Positions 1-10,559 of a DNA stretch of 64,000 bases are shown here, one piece after another. The translations under genes were made by a program, and so were the position numbers. The first letter of the stretch is position 1. Every line of letters begins with the position of its first letter. The notes under the pieces are model-generated. The model saw only the letters and a list, made by a program, of their open reading frames with translations. It had not been told where the DNA came from and made no database searches. Origin of the DNA: Dudresnaya verticillata (Eukaryota); assembly GCA_977862235.1 (NCBI GenBank), contig OZ374560.1, positions 1,674,001-1,738,000 on the forward strand, written 5' to 3'.

Positions 1-323
1 GGATCCTACAACAACAGTCGACTTCGGCGCGGACCCACCCTGAGGCGGAACCACAGCCGACAAGGATTGGCTCACCCACTCTATGGGCGAGCCGCTAAAA
101 CGGCTAGTAGCGACGCCGGCGGCCTGTAACAACGCGAGGACCGTGCGGCGCTGTTGTTCGGTCCAGACCGGCACGCTGGGAGGCTTCCCTGAACCGTCTA
201 CGACGATAGATGCTCCGCCTTCTGGCATTGCGGACGGGGGTGGCTCTGACACTGACACCGCCATAGTAACGTCACCCTCGTCGTCCGCAATGGGCGCCGC
301 AAGGTCCAAGGGAGCAACCGTGG

Positions 324-1705
324 CTATGCCGGTCGGCATCGCACTCGCCGCAGAGGCTCCGTGGGCAACGTCGTAGACGGAACAGCCGCTTCAGCGGAAG
401 ACTCAATCGCCATAGACGTCGCAATAGCCGTCCCAGACGAGTTAACCGGTCCACAGTTGGCGTGAAGAGCATCCTCTTCCACCATTAAGGCGCTTAAGTG
501 AGGAGGAAAGTCACCGACAAAGCCGCAGGTCTTACGCAAACCGCGCGGGTGATTACCCGGCGGGAAGCGATCGGTCTTGCGATGGCCTTCCGCAGTGTTC
601 TTCGTCGTACGACGCTTTGTCCAAGGGCTGAACCAAATCCAATCTCCACAGGCGGAATGAGTACGACTCATCGCGTAACGTGGACGATTCGCCTTACGGC
701 GGTTGTTGGCTAACAGCACGGTAACCGGGTCGTTCCAATCGATCTCATCCGCAATAGCGCGCAGGTCCCAGAACTCCTCGGAGTTCCTGGGAACACCAAA
801 TATTTCGACCAAGTCGAGGCCACCAAGATGGGTGACCACACGCGGTGGTAGATGATACATACGGAAGGCGTCATACACCTCCTATAACCAAGCATACACC
901 ACGATGGCGACCCACTCGGTGTAGAACACGATCCAATATCTAGAATATGGGTTGGTCATCAGCTCGGAACCAAGATATGTGATGCACGGGAGCTCTGCTG
1001 CGAAACCTTCGCATATCTCGAACTCACGCCATAAGGCGGTACCTTCACGAAGCAGTGAGGCAACTTACTACGCTCAATGCGGGTGACCTGCATGTCCTGG
1101 TAAGGTACGAATAAGCCCTTTCGGCGACGCGTCTCGTACTCCCAACGGATACAACGCTCCCAAAAGAACGTACCCCTGCGATGCAGGAAACGAAAATCCG
1201 CTTTCAAGCGTACACCTACTAGGTAAGCCTCTCCCAACATACGAGGCTCGAGCGACACCCTCACATGTTTGAGCGATAGCGTCCCGAGACGACCTCCATA
1301 TTCGGTCTCGGCGGCTGTACGATATTTCCCCGCGTCAAAATTGAAGAGGGGCGGCGTTAACGTCGACCCGGGGTAACGCGTGAAGCGCCGATAGACATCT
1401 GAGACGAACTGCGAGTGGACGTCCGCACGCGATTGTCCCGCTCGGACCCAAAGCCATTCCGGAGGAACGGCACAGCGCAACTTCCACTCTAACTTCCAGC
1501 CAAGGGGCAGGCCCCCTGGCAAGAATCCGCTAGTAGCGTAATGAGCGACCAATTACTCTTCGCGTAAAGCCTCCTGGTCGAACCAGCGGGCCCGCGCGAA
1601 GAAATGCGCGTGATCGCGAGGATTCTTCCCGATAAAGTCGACAGGCGAAGCGTACACCGGCGCGGCCGAGGGCGCCGCAACCTGCATGCCATTGAACGTC
1701 GGCAT
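324..1705 (-). pseudogene. Accessory ORF of the LTR element (copy 1), disrupted, unknown function
   Basis: Starts MPTFNGMQVAAPSAAPVY (ATG 1705). ORF pieces 1553-1753, 959-1552 and 324-878 join across a stop at 1553-1555, a 1-nt frameshift near 1030 and a stop near 885. About 70% aa identical (hand count, ~225 aa) to 38381-39060. Confidence 0.75.
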
Positions 1706-1707
1706 AA

Positions 1708-2065
1708 CGTCAAAGACGAAAATATGCTCGCGCCGCTGGCGACGAGTGTACAAACGTCAAAGACGACTCGTGTCCTGCGCCACTGGCGAAAGCTTCACGA
1801 AGAGTGCGTCGAAGACGATTAATGTCCAACGCCACAGGCGATACAAACAAACCTGCGCCACTGGCGAAAGTCTTACAAACGTACGTCAACGACGTTCTGT
1901 TGCAACGCCCCAGGCGAGGAAAAGAAACCCACGTCGACGACGTTCAGTTCCCACGCCACAGGCGATACACATAGAAGACAACGTCGATGACGATTGAGTC
2001 GCAACGCCCCAGGCGAGGGAAATCTGAAAGACGTCAACGACCAGGATCGTTTTGCGCCACAGGCG
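1708..2065. repeat. Phased array of 15 palindromes CGYC-N3-GRCG
   Basis: CGTC-N3-GACG at 1708, 1755, 1807, 1884, 1932, 1982 and 2032 (1 mismatch). CGCC-N3-GGCG at 1731, 1778, 1830, 1856, 1906, 1954, 2005 and 2055. Confidence 0.9.
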
Positions 2066-2267
2066 GTGATGTCGGGGCAGCGCAAGTGCAGTCGCACGGG
2101 CACCGCACGCAACAAGAGACGAGCTCTTACGGCACAGCCGAGATCGCAACGCACACGCGGGCGCACCAAGACAAGACGCGAAGCCGCAAGCGCTGGCAAG
2201 GACGAAGCGGGAGTGCGCACGGCAGCAGGTTGAGGGTCGGACGTGTTCGCGTTTTGGAGGGGGGTCG

Positions 2268-3166
2268 TGTGGTGCAAGGGGGGTGAGCCCCTTTTTCCGC
2301 TCAGAGCGTGCCATAAGACGTCTACTGACGGGTATCGCAACCGCCGCTGGCGCGCGTGAACACGCCACGGACGGCCGACTCAACGGCGTACGGACGCCAC
2401 AACCGCCGCCGGGCATGGCGGCTCACGCACTGTACGCCCGCGCGGCACGCATCCGCGTCGCCCATCGGGATCCGCGAGGTGTAAGGCGGGTACCTGTAAT
2501 GATGGCCCAGATCCGGATGGGATCTGGATCGGACATCGGGATCAGATCGGGATCCGCTACAATGTAAGGCGTGCGCCTGTAAGGCACGCCCACGCGCCAG
2601 CAATGCTGGCAGGGATCGGGATCCGAATCCGGATCACCTCTACCAACGCGCGCGCACGCCTGTAAGCTAGTTAATTACGCGCGCACACACCTGTAAGCTA
2701 TTTCTTACCCGCGGGCGCGCGGCTGCATGGCGACAACGACTCGTCAGACGCACCGGGGCGCGACACGCGTCCCGAGTTCCCATGGGCCACGGCGCGCCGC
2801 CGCAGCCCGCGTCATAATGATAGTATATTAGATAACCCGTCTGGGATGCCGAGTAAATCCCGGCAAGCCGGCCTCGGACATGAAGCCCCTTCGCTAGTGC
2901 GTATTCTACGTTACCAAAGAAGGCAACTGCGCAGCTCCGCCCGTGCTTCCGCGTCCGCCTACGTCCTTGACGCGTCTTTCTCTCTTTCTCTCCCTCCCCT
3001 TCCCTTTCTCTTTCCTTTCTGTGGCCTTTTCCCATTCTTACCGCCCAGGGCGTTGACAGTCCGCCGTCGGCGTGTTATCGACACTCTACCACAGCCTCGC
3101 TACTAGCGCGCTACCCCCGGGTCCGAACTGCCCGGAGGTACTACTCGTCCGAGACGGATTGCACCA
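2268..3166 (+). repeat. 3' LTR, TGTGGTGCAA family
   Basis: Starts TGTGGTGCAA and ends TTGCACCA. GATCC-rich GC-rich U3, TATA-like TAGTATATTA at ~2821, then a CT-rich segment. Homologous to 37065-37930 and 58020-58929. Confidence 0.8.
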
Positions 3167-3420
3167 AAATCTGAACCAGGTCGGGACCTAGAGAGCTTAC
3201 TGGCTACACCTTTCAAGAGTTCTTCGGGGTTCTCTATCCCGGGGCTCAGGTCGGCAGCATCGCCACGGCGTGTTCTCGTGGCTGAGGCTACCTCCGGTTC
3301 GGTGGGCTCACTGCGGCGTGTTCTCGCAGTAGAGGGCACCTCCGGGCCGGTGTTATCGTCACCGCGGCGTGATCTCGCGGTTGGCGGCACCTCACCTTGA
3401 TCCGATACGGAAGGGTCCAT
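3167..3420 (-). pseudogene. Probable gag N-terminus of another LTR element, cut by the LTR ending at 3166
   Basis: ATG at 3420 with three EV(P/A)xxxR(S/T)RR repeats. A PBS-like TGGTGTAAGGGCAGG lies on the minus strand at ~3475-3489, next to an LTR-like end (TGTCACA at 3499). Confidence 0.4.
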
Positions 3421-3498
3421 ATGTTCTTCTATTCTTAGGATACAAAAACGGTCTCAACGAGTATTTTGCCTTGTCCTGCCCTTACACCAATACGGAGT

Positions 3499-5060
3499 TG
3501 TCACAAAGCTGATCTCCTACCGAAACGGAGTCCAACGGAGATTCTTCTACCTTGACGGTCTTCTAGGTCGGGAGACCAAAAAGATGTGGTGTAGTGAAAG
3601 GCACAACTGTAAGGAGAGCTGGTCAGGCAATCCCAATAAGGAGTGATCTCACACGGCACCGGGGTGGTAGAGCTTAGTTCGTAGACCGAAGGGAGTACCT
3701 CGAGCGGCAACACCTGTAAGGAGTAAAGGGATGAAACATACAAGGGGGACGGTACACTGCCAGGACAGCTACACCGGGACGGAGGTAAGAGGAATCCGTG
3801 CACGGGGCTGGCGAGGGGAAACCGTGAAGGAATATGAGGGTAAGGCTTAGGGTAAGGCACTTTGCCCAGGGTTGCGTACCCGTTTACTGTAGGACTAGTC
3901 CGCGAGCTCGCGGTGGCCACCCATTAATATACTGGGAGATACACCCCGCGGTCCGGTCCGTGTGGGCCAGACCCCAATGGGTCCGGTCCACCATGTGGCT
4001 CCGCCCCTACTGGTCCCGGTCACCGTTGCGGACATGCTCGGCATTCTCATTGGCCAGCCGACACTACTTACTGTACGGCATCATTAAAATTACCTAATTA
4101 CAAATAAACCAACTACTTGGATCCTATTGGTGGTGCGCGCAGATTCCAGCAGGGCATACAGTGCTACTGTGTCGCTGCAATCCCGCTTCGCCTTTTGGCG
4201 CCAGCTCACTGGTGCGCCGATCACGATGTAGTAGTATGGCGCGACGAGCCAGTAGCCCGCTAAAAGGAAAGGGCAGCTGTCCCGTGCGTGCAAACACCCT
4301 AACGAGGGTAGCTCAACGGGGAGTTGGTAGAGATTTGAGGGAAAAGGGGAAAAGGCTATCGTACCTGAAAGAAAGGGAAAAGAGGCGGCGCCACACTAAC
4401 ACTCGTAGAGTACAAAGCCGTACGAGGCTAAAGCTTGTAATGCACCTGGAAGGGGGAGTACGGTGAGCCCGTGTAGACCAAAGAAAGGGTACAGACCCGA
4501 AACCCACCGTAGGGTTCTATTCAGCAGACCCCTGCTAGTCAGGGGCGCAATAAGTATGGCGAAGGCCGAATTGCCTTCGCCGCTATTGCTATTCTAAGCT
4601 ATCGTAGTTAGAGTTAATAATGACAATGAGGTAGTGAGCGGTCGTACTCCGCCCTGCGCACGTCAAGTGCCCATGACTCGGGCGAGATACCGAGCAAGAG
4701 GCCATGATAAATTAACCAATCACAGCAAGCCATCTCATTGGCGCCGTGCTGTTCCCAGCAATGCCATATGGAGTGGCCAGCAATGTACTGGGCCTTACAG
4801 TGCGTCAGTATGTGCGGCGCCTTACAGGCGCATGACGCGTGCAATGTTACCCGCGCATTACAGGCGCAAAACACGTGTACGTGCTTACAGCCCCTGGCGG
4901 CTCATTGTGCCACACGCGAGTTGGATCAAACGTCGTCTGCACTCCACAACGGCCGCTTCACCACAACTACCCGTCTTGTCCCTGCTGGCGCGCCATAGGT
5001 AACGCTATTTCGGCGCACACAAGAGGGCAGAGGGCCCACTTCTGTAAGCCCTTCACTGTA
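3499..5060 (-). repeat. LTR-like non-coding sequence (one or two degenerate LTRs)
   Basis: GGTCCGGTCC mini-repeats at 3950-4025, a purine-rich block at 4320-4390 resembling the reverse complement of 45430-45610, and TTACAG(G) clusters at 4795-4890. Ends and TSD not resolved. Confidence 0.35.
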
Positions 5061-5599
5061 TTACAATGATATCGCGGGAGGTAGCAGGTTGGCCCTGCGT
5101 AAGCATAGTTAGGATAACCATAAGTGCAAGGATCGCAAGCAGCGGTGAGGGATCGGGAAGTTGTTTATCGCAGGCATGTGTCGACGTTTTGGCTTTTGAG
5201 ACCGCATAGCCTCTAGCAGGGTGTGGCGGCGCTGGAACGGATACGCGAGAGACGACTACCCGCGCGTGAATGCTATTAAGAAGACAAGCGCCTTGCGTTC
5301 CTGAGGACTCCGAGGCAAATCTTGTTCTTTCCCCACCCTCCTCTCCCTGGATTTGCTGTCATCAAGTCTGTTCTTTAAAGCTCCTTCAATAGGAGTGTTA
5401 GTCTGTTACAGTAGAGTGTTCAAAACAATCGAAGTCGTTATTGTAGCTGAGATCAAAGCAGTTATCTAGGTGTGTCCGACAGAAATAGCTTTGCCTGCAT
5501 CTTTTATAAAGCCTGAATATTTGATCTTCAAGTAGGTGTTCGCAGAAGACAAGTGCCGCATGGCACCTAGCCGACTGATCTCGCTTCGTGGCCTTTTCC

Positions 5600-7440
5600 G
5601 TTTGGAGCCCCTGCTGCTCCGCCAGCGCATTGTGCAATAAAAGTTTCTATCCAACGCCGACTAGCAGACTCTGGCCCAGCTGGAGTCGCTTGGCAGGCGC
5701 GATAAACACTTTTGGCCGTGCCCGAAGTCCCCTGCCCTTCATTGAACCGCGTGCTCCAGAATTCCCTCGCCCTATCTCTGTTGGCCGTTGTCTGCGCACA
5801 AGCATCGAAGGCTGCCGTCGGAGCTTGCCGACCTGCGCTAGTTTCCCGAATGCTTCGTTCCCCCCCGCTCTTCTTTTGCCACGACGGAGTCCTGGCCATT
5901 AGACGACCCTGGCCATTAGATGGCACCTCTGTACCTTCCCCATTTCCCCAAGATGCCCTTCTGCTCGTAAGGCCCTCAGGCCCCATGCGGCCACACTGTC
6001 TAAGTTGCCCTAGGCCAACCCGTCACCCCAGACCTAGCTTCAAGATGCAATCTGTCAAATGATTGCTGCCATCCGCATGCTCTGTACCGTTGACCACCCC
6101 TCCCTCAGCTTCTCTCCTTGCTCCTAGGCCTCCGACCCACGCCCCTCTTATTGTCATCATGGCCTTGTGGGGCCGGTACTCCTGCTCATGGGTCTCAGTC
6201 GCTCGTGTAGGATCACCTCAATCATTCAGTCAAATACAGCCATCAAAACCTCATTGTGCCCCTCAGCAGGTATGCTCAATCCTGCTCCTCTTCTCCGTCC
6301 TTGTGGCACGCGCAACAAACTCCGCAAGCCTTACCGTTTGCAAATTGCCGTTCCATACGTTCTGCGGCGCAACGGCCGTTGTTACTGGCGGCTATCGCTT
6401 CCTGCCTAGCAGTCGAAAGGAATTCCTCGGTCGCTGGGTAACGACCGGCCCCAGTGTACAACACCCATCGATATGTTCCATGCCCTGATTGTCCCTGACT
6501 AGCATGAGCACGTTCTCACCGATGGAATACGATGACACGCCTGCACATTACAATACACCCCAGATGTCCACAGCCATGCATGACCCTCCGCGCCTACACC
6601 CGATTACTGCACGCCCTATCCATGGCCAAGCCCACCACTGCCGATCTGGTGGAGGTGTCCCACGCACTCTCCGCCGTCCCAACCTCTGCACCGCGGAATT
6701 CCTCCTCCAAACCCCGTCTTCACCTCTCCCCTACCTAGCTCCACACTCCTTACCTTGTTCCAACCTCTTTGGCCTTCGGTGCCAGTGCGCTTCTAATTCG
6801 GCCGATGTTTTCCTCGCAAGCTCAACTTGAACAGTGAGAAAAATCCATCGTCCGCTACTCTAGTCCGGAAACGTCTACCATCACCTTATGTCAGAGTTGT
6901 GGTACACAAGCCCAACACGAGGCGAAGGCTCAGGTGCGCTTTGGGCGGCTTCACAGCCTTGGTGCTACCACCCCACAATCTCGGGCTTGTGCCACCACTA
7001 TCGTGGTCCCGGTGCCCATTCCCTGTATGGAACCCTCGCAAACCGCGCCACGCCATAGAGACCCACAATCTTTTCCGGATCAAGAACGCCGGCTGGATCA
7101 TAATGCCGTTCCCACAAGCTCTTGCCTGCCTCCGAACGTCTTCCGGCCACCGCACCCTCGTTCCTTGTTTGCTTCCTGGGCCATCCTCTCGAGAAGCCCA
7201 AGAACACACACATCCTTTTGTTTTGTCCAGCCCCTAGTTCGCACTTCGATCAATCGACGAGAGAGCCCGACTAGTTTGCGCACACCCCTGACTCGGAACT
7301 CGACAATCCGATCCCAGAGACTATCGCCTTACGGACATAAGAGCCCCAGCCCGAGCTCATGGGGAACCTCTCGCCCATATCCCGTTGAGGCCCCCTGAGT
7401 CTCAGGAAACCTTTCCTACGCTCAGGGCCTTGCTGAACAA
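5600..7440 (+). mobile_element. Highly degenerate APE/RT LINE remnant
   Basis: Faint motif traces in LINE order: GGYRFLPSS (YxPP-like), GGVPR (GVxQG-like), SNLFG (LFADD-like), IPCME (IRPxMEY-like). Many frameshifts. Confidence 0.35.
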
Positions 7441-8777
7441 AACGTCATTGTCAACACTTGGCCAATCCGAGAGATAAACCCGCGTGCTAGTATCTATAGA
7501 AAAGGGAATCATTACGTAAGTACATGCGGCGCGGGACGCTAATTCGCCACTTCAAACAGACGCTAGAAATGCGTTAGGCACGAGACAGTGACGATGAATG
7601 ATGACATAGCTTGGTAGCACAAGAGCTGTGAGCTAAAGCGAAGCATGAAAGAGCCGACTTTCTTCTACAGGACAAGTAACGCACCATTCAGAAGCAGAAC
7701 GACCAGTGGAGCCCATAACTTTCCGAGCTTCAGTGCGGGCAGAAACATATCTGCCAATTCCAGATACAAAGAAGTTCATTCTGTCTCCACGGGTCAGATC
7801 ATGGAAACATGCGCGCTTCGATTGTTTAGCAAAATGTAAGAAACCGTACCTAGTGTAGGCTGCCCTAACTATGACAGGGATTGCGGCTCTTCCGCTCAAT
7901 ATATCTGAAGATCCTGTCCACAACAAGTTCTCATCCGTTGGATCGCTGTGTGCTGGCTACTGTTCCCGTTCTGTAAGGTAAATTTGTTCGCTATTTCCTT
8001 GGATACTCCTCACATGTGAACAGTGTGGTCCTCGTCTACACTAAAAGAAAACCAAGCATATACGCCCCCATCGCTCTACCACGGTCCCAGTTAAGGCCAA
8101 GAGCAGGTTCGGGTATTGCGGTTTTGCTAGCGGGACATTGCCACGGAAACAGACTCTAAACAAAGCAAGATGTAAGTAGAAAATCAACGGGAATTCTGTG
8201 GACACGTGCACTGCTTGCTCTTTCGTAACGGTATCTCTCTCTCTGGATGGGAACACGGCCTCTCTGGGATCGCGGTGTAATGTTATACAGAGCGAAGGCC
8301 CGAGCGAGCTCAAGTGTCAAGAGCCCAATACGATTCGCAATTCTGGGATTGGCGCGTGGGCGTTCTGACCGCAAGTGGGTCTGTCCGATAGCATCAACAA
8401 ATGCGATGTTGTCGCCAGAGCTGTCGTCGAGAGCAACAAAAATTGGGTTCTTATTGACACCCCAAAGAGGGCGAACCGCTCCGTTCTTGAAACCTTTCGG
8501 GCCAACTTACATGCCTCGAGCTGCGTTCATGTGGACGCAGTATTGCGCGCACTTGTCTGTCAAAATTTGGGCGCCAAACTGTTGCTCCCGTCGTCCGCAG
8601 TTGTCGCCAGCCGAAGACTCGGCTCGCCAGCGAGCCCCAAACTTGCCTACATAAACCCCGCCCATGCCCCATCCCACCCCCACTGAGTCGCATCCACACT
8701 CACGCTAACAAACCACACACTCAAGCAAGAACCCGCCACTCTGCCCAACCCACTAGCCCCAGACTTACACACCAACC

Positions 8778-10340
8778 ATGGCGGACAAGACTGCCGAGAA
8801 GGCTGCCTCCGAGGCGCCGAACCCCGCTACGCCGAACCCCGCTACGCCGAACCCCGCCACGCCCAACCCCGCCACGCCCAACCCCGCCACGCCCAACCTC
8901 GTCACGCCCAACCCCGCCGCTTCGGCCCCTGCCCCGGACACTAAGATGGGCGCCCCAGAGGCTGCAGTCGAGAAGACCGAAGCTCCGAACACCACGCAGG
9001 TCCAGGAGATCAACACCAGCGACAAGGTTGGCGTGCCGAAAGCCGCCGATGCGCCTGCGCCGACCCCAACTACCGTCGCTACGAAGAAGGGTGACGAGAA
9101 GACCAAGGATGGAAGCAAGAGCAGCTCCGAGGCTACTACGGCCTCGGATGCCGCGTCTACTGCGTCGGACAAGATTGCCAAAACTGGTGAGATCAAGACC
9201 TGTCAGGACCGCAAGGTGGCCAGCAATGACAAGGATGGCGCAGCCTTGACCGCTGCTACGAAGGGATCGGCGATGAAGCCAGCCGAGAAGAACGTCAGCA
9301 AGGATGATTCCGTCCATGCGTCTGACAAACTTTCAGTGTCAGGGAAGGCTGCCGCTGAGAAGGACGCTGTTTCCGAGGATGTCTCGAAGGCTTCCTCCGA
9401 GGATACTATTACTGCTGTTGGCGGTAAGGGTACCCTGGAGAAGAAATCAGACACCGGAGAAGCCAAGAAGAACGGGCATGAGAAGTCTGTTGAGGTCAAG
9501 GATACGTTGGTGTCCAGCGCTGAGGATAGCTCCAGCGGCGCTGAAGTCAAGAGTGAAGCTACTGCGAAGACCGAGGATTCGGCCAATATTGGTGCTGCCG
9601 AAGAAGCCTCACTGGAAGATGTTACTAAGACTGCTTCATCCAGTACGTCTTCCGACAAGGTCAAGGACAATTCTGCTAAAGACGGAGCTGTTGCTGATAC
9701 CGCTGCTGTGAACAGTGAGCCCATCAACTTGTTGAAGATTGTTGAAGCCACTGCTAAGACCGAGGATGATGCTAAAGATGCTGATGTGGCACAGGTTGTG
9801 GTTGAGAGCAAGCAGAATGGCTCGTCTAAGGTTGAGCTTGCTGAGAAGAAGTCGAGCGCTAAGGCCAAGAAAAAGGTTGAGTTCAAGAGTGCGGAGGGCG
9901 TGTCGATTGTGAAGGTGTCTGGCAAGCCGCAGGACGTTAAGAAAGCGGAGCCGGATACGAAGGCTTCCGACTCGTCCCAGGGGGCTGGCAGTCGTGCTAG
10001 CCTGGAAGTCTTGGCTTCCGGCCCGTCTCGTGACATGGATCTTGCAAGCAATGAGAAGGACGCCGATAATATTACTCCGGTCAAAGCGGCGAAGGGGCTG
10101 GATTCCACTGCGGATGAGGCTACTGTAGGAGACGCTGCGGGTGCAGATGACGATTCTGAGAGCGGAAAAGTCCGTTGCTGGAACCTCTGGAACTCGCTAT
10201 CAGCGAAGAAGCACATGAACAGTCGCAAGAAGGTCAGTATCAAACCTGCAGACGACGTGGACGGCTCTAGCGACGGTGATGACGACAAAGAAGCCAAGAA
10301 TGTCAAGTCGGCTGATGCGGACGAGAACGAGAAGGCCTAA
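8778..10340 (+). CDS. 520-aa Ala/Lys/Asp/Ser-rich, probably intrinsically disordered host protein with N-terminal PNPAT repeats
   Basis: Long uninterrupted ORF, CCAACCATGG start context, CA-rich leader, CATAAA at ~8650, strong codon bias (AAG, GAG, GAC). No recognisable globular domain. Confidence 0.85.
   Translation: MADKTAEKAASEAPNPATPNPATPNPATPNPATPNPATPNLVTPNPAASAPAPDTKMGAPEAAVEKTEAPNTTQVQEINTSDKVGVPKAADAPAPTPTTVATKKGDEKTKDGSKSSSEATTASDAASTASDKIAKTGEIKTCQDRKVASNDKDGAALTAATKGSAMKPAEKNVSKDDSVHASDKLSVSGKAAAEKDAVSEDVSKASSEDTITAVGGKGTLEKKSDTGEAKKNGHEKSVEVKDTLVSSAEDSSSGAEVKSEATAKTEDSANIGAAEEASLEDVTKTASSSTSSDKVKDNSAKDGAVADTAAVNSEPINLLKIVEATAKTEDDAKDADVAQVVVESKQNGSSKVELAEKKSSAKAKKKVEFKSAEGVSIVKVSGKPQDVKKAEPDTKASDSSQGAGSRASLEVLASGPSRDMDLASNEKDADNITPVKAAKGLDSTADEATVGDAAGADDDSESGKVRCWNLWNSLSAKKHMNSRKKVSIKPADDVDGSSDGDDDKEAKNVKSADADENEKA
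8817..8921 (+). repeat. 15-bp coding tandem repeat: (PNPAT)x5, then PNLVT and PNPAA
   Basis: CC(G/C)AACCCCGC(T/C)ACG units read directly. Confidence 0.95.
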
Positions 10341-10559
10341 GTGTGTCAGATAGGCGTATTTTCGGCGCCTGCAACAGTAGAGGGCACATGCATTGCGGCA
10401 TGTTACCCGCTCCGAAGCAATTCTACCCTTTGTCTTGAGGGATTGTATGTTACCCACGAAAGTGGAGCTTGTGTGAAGTTCAATTTTCGAGAAACTTCCG
10501 TGTTAAAACTTGTGATCTTGTGATATTGTACATTGTGTTATACCAGAACGCCATTCCAG

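Larger units (their letters stand above)
1..3166 (+). mobile_element. 3' part of an LTR retrotransposon ('TGTGGTGCAA' LTR family, probably Gypsy): accessory ORF, palindrome array, PPT and 3' LTR
   Basis: T-tract plus polypurine tract TTTTGGAGGGGGGTCG directly before TGTGGTGCAA at 2268. The whole block is an inverted, diverged homologue of 37065-39140. No pol in the window, so the superfamily is inferred. Confidence 0.75.

Noticed and set aside
1708..2065. Array as a CRISPR locus
   Set aside because: Repeats are 11 bp with 11-18 bp gaps, there are no cas genes, and the context is a eukaryotic retroelement.
8721..10306. Long minus-strand ORFs (198, 143 and 367 aa)
   Set aside because: Antisense shadows of the codon-biased gene at 8778-10340.
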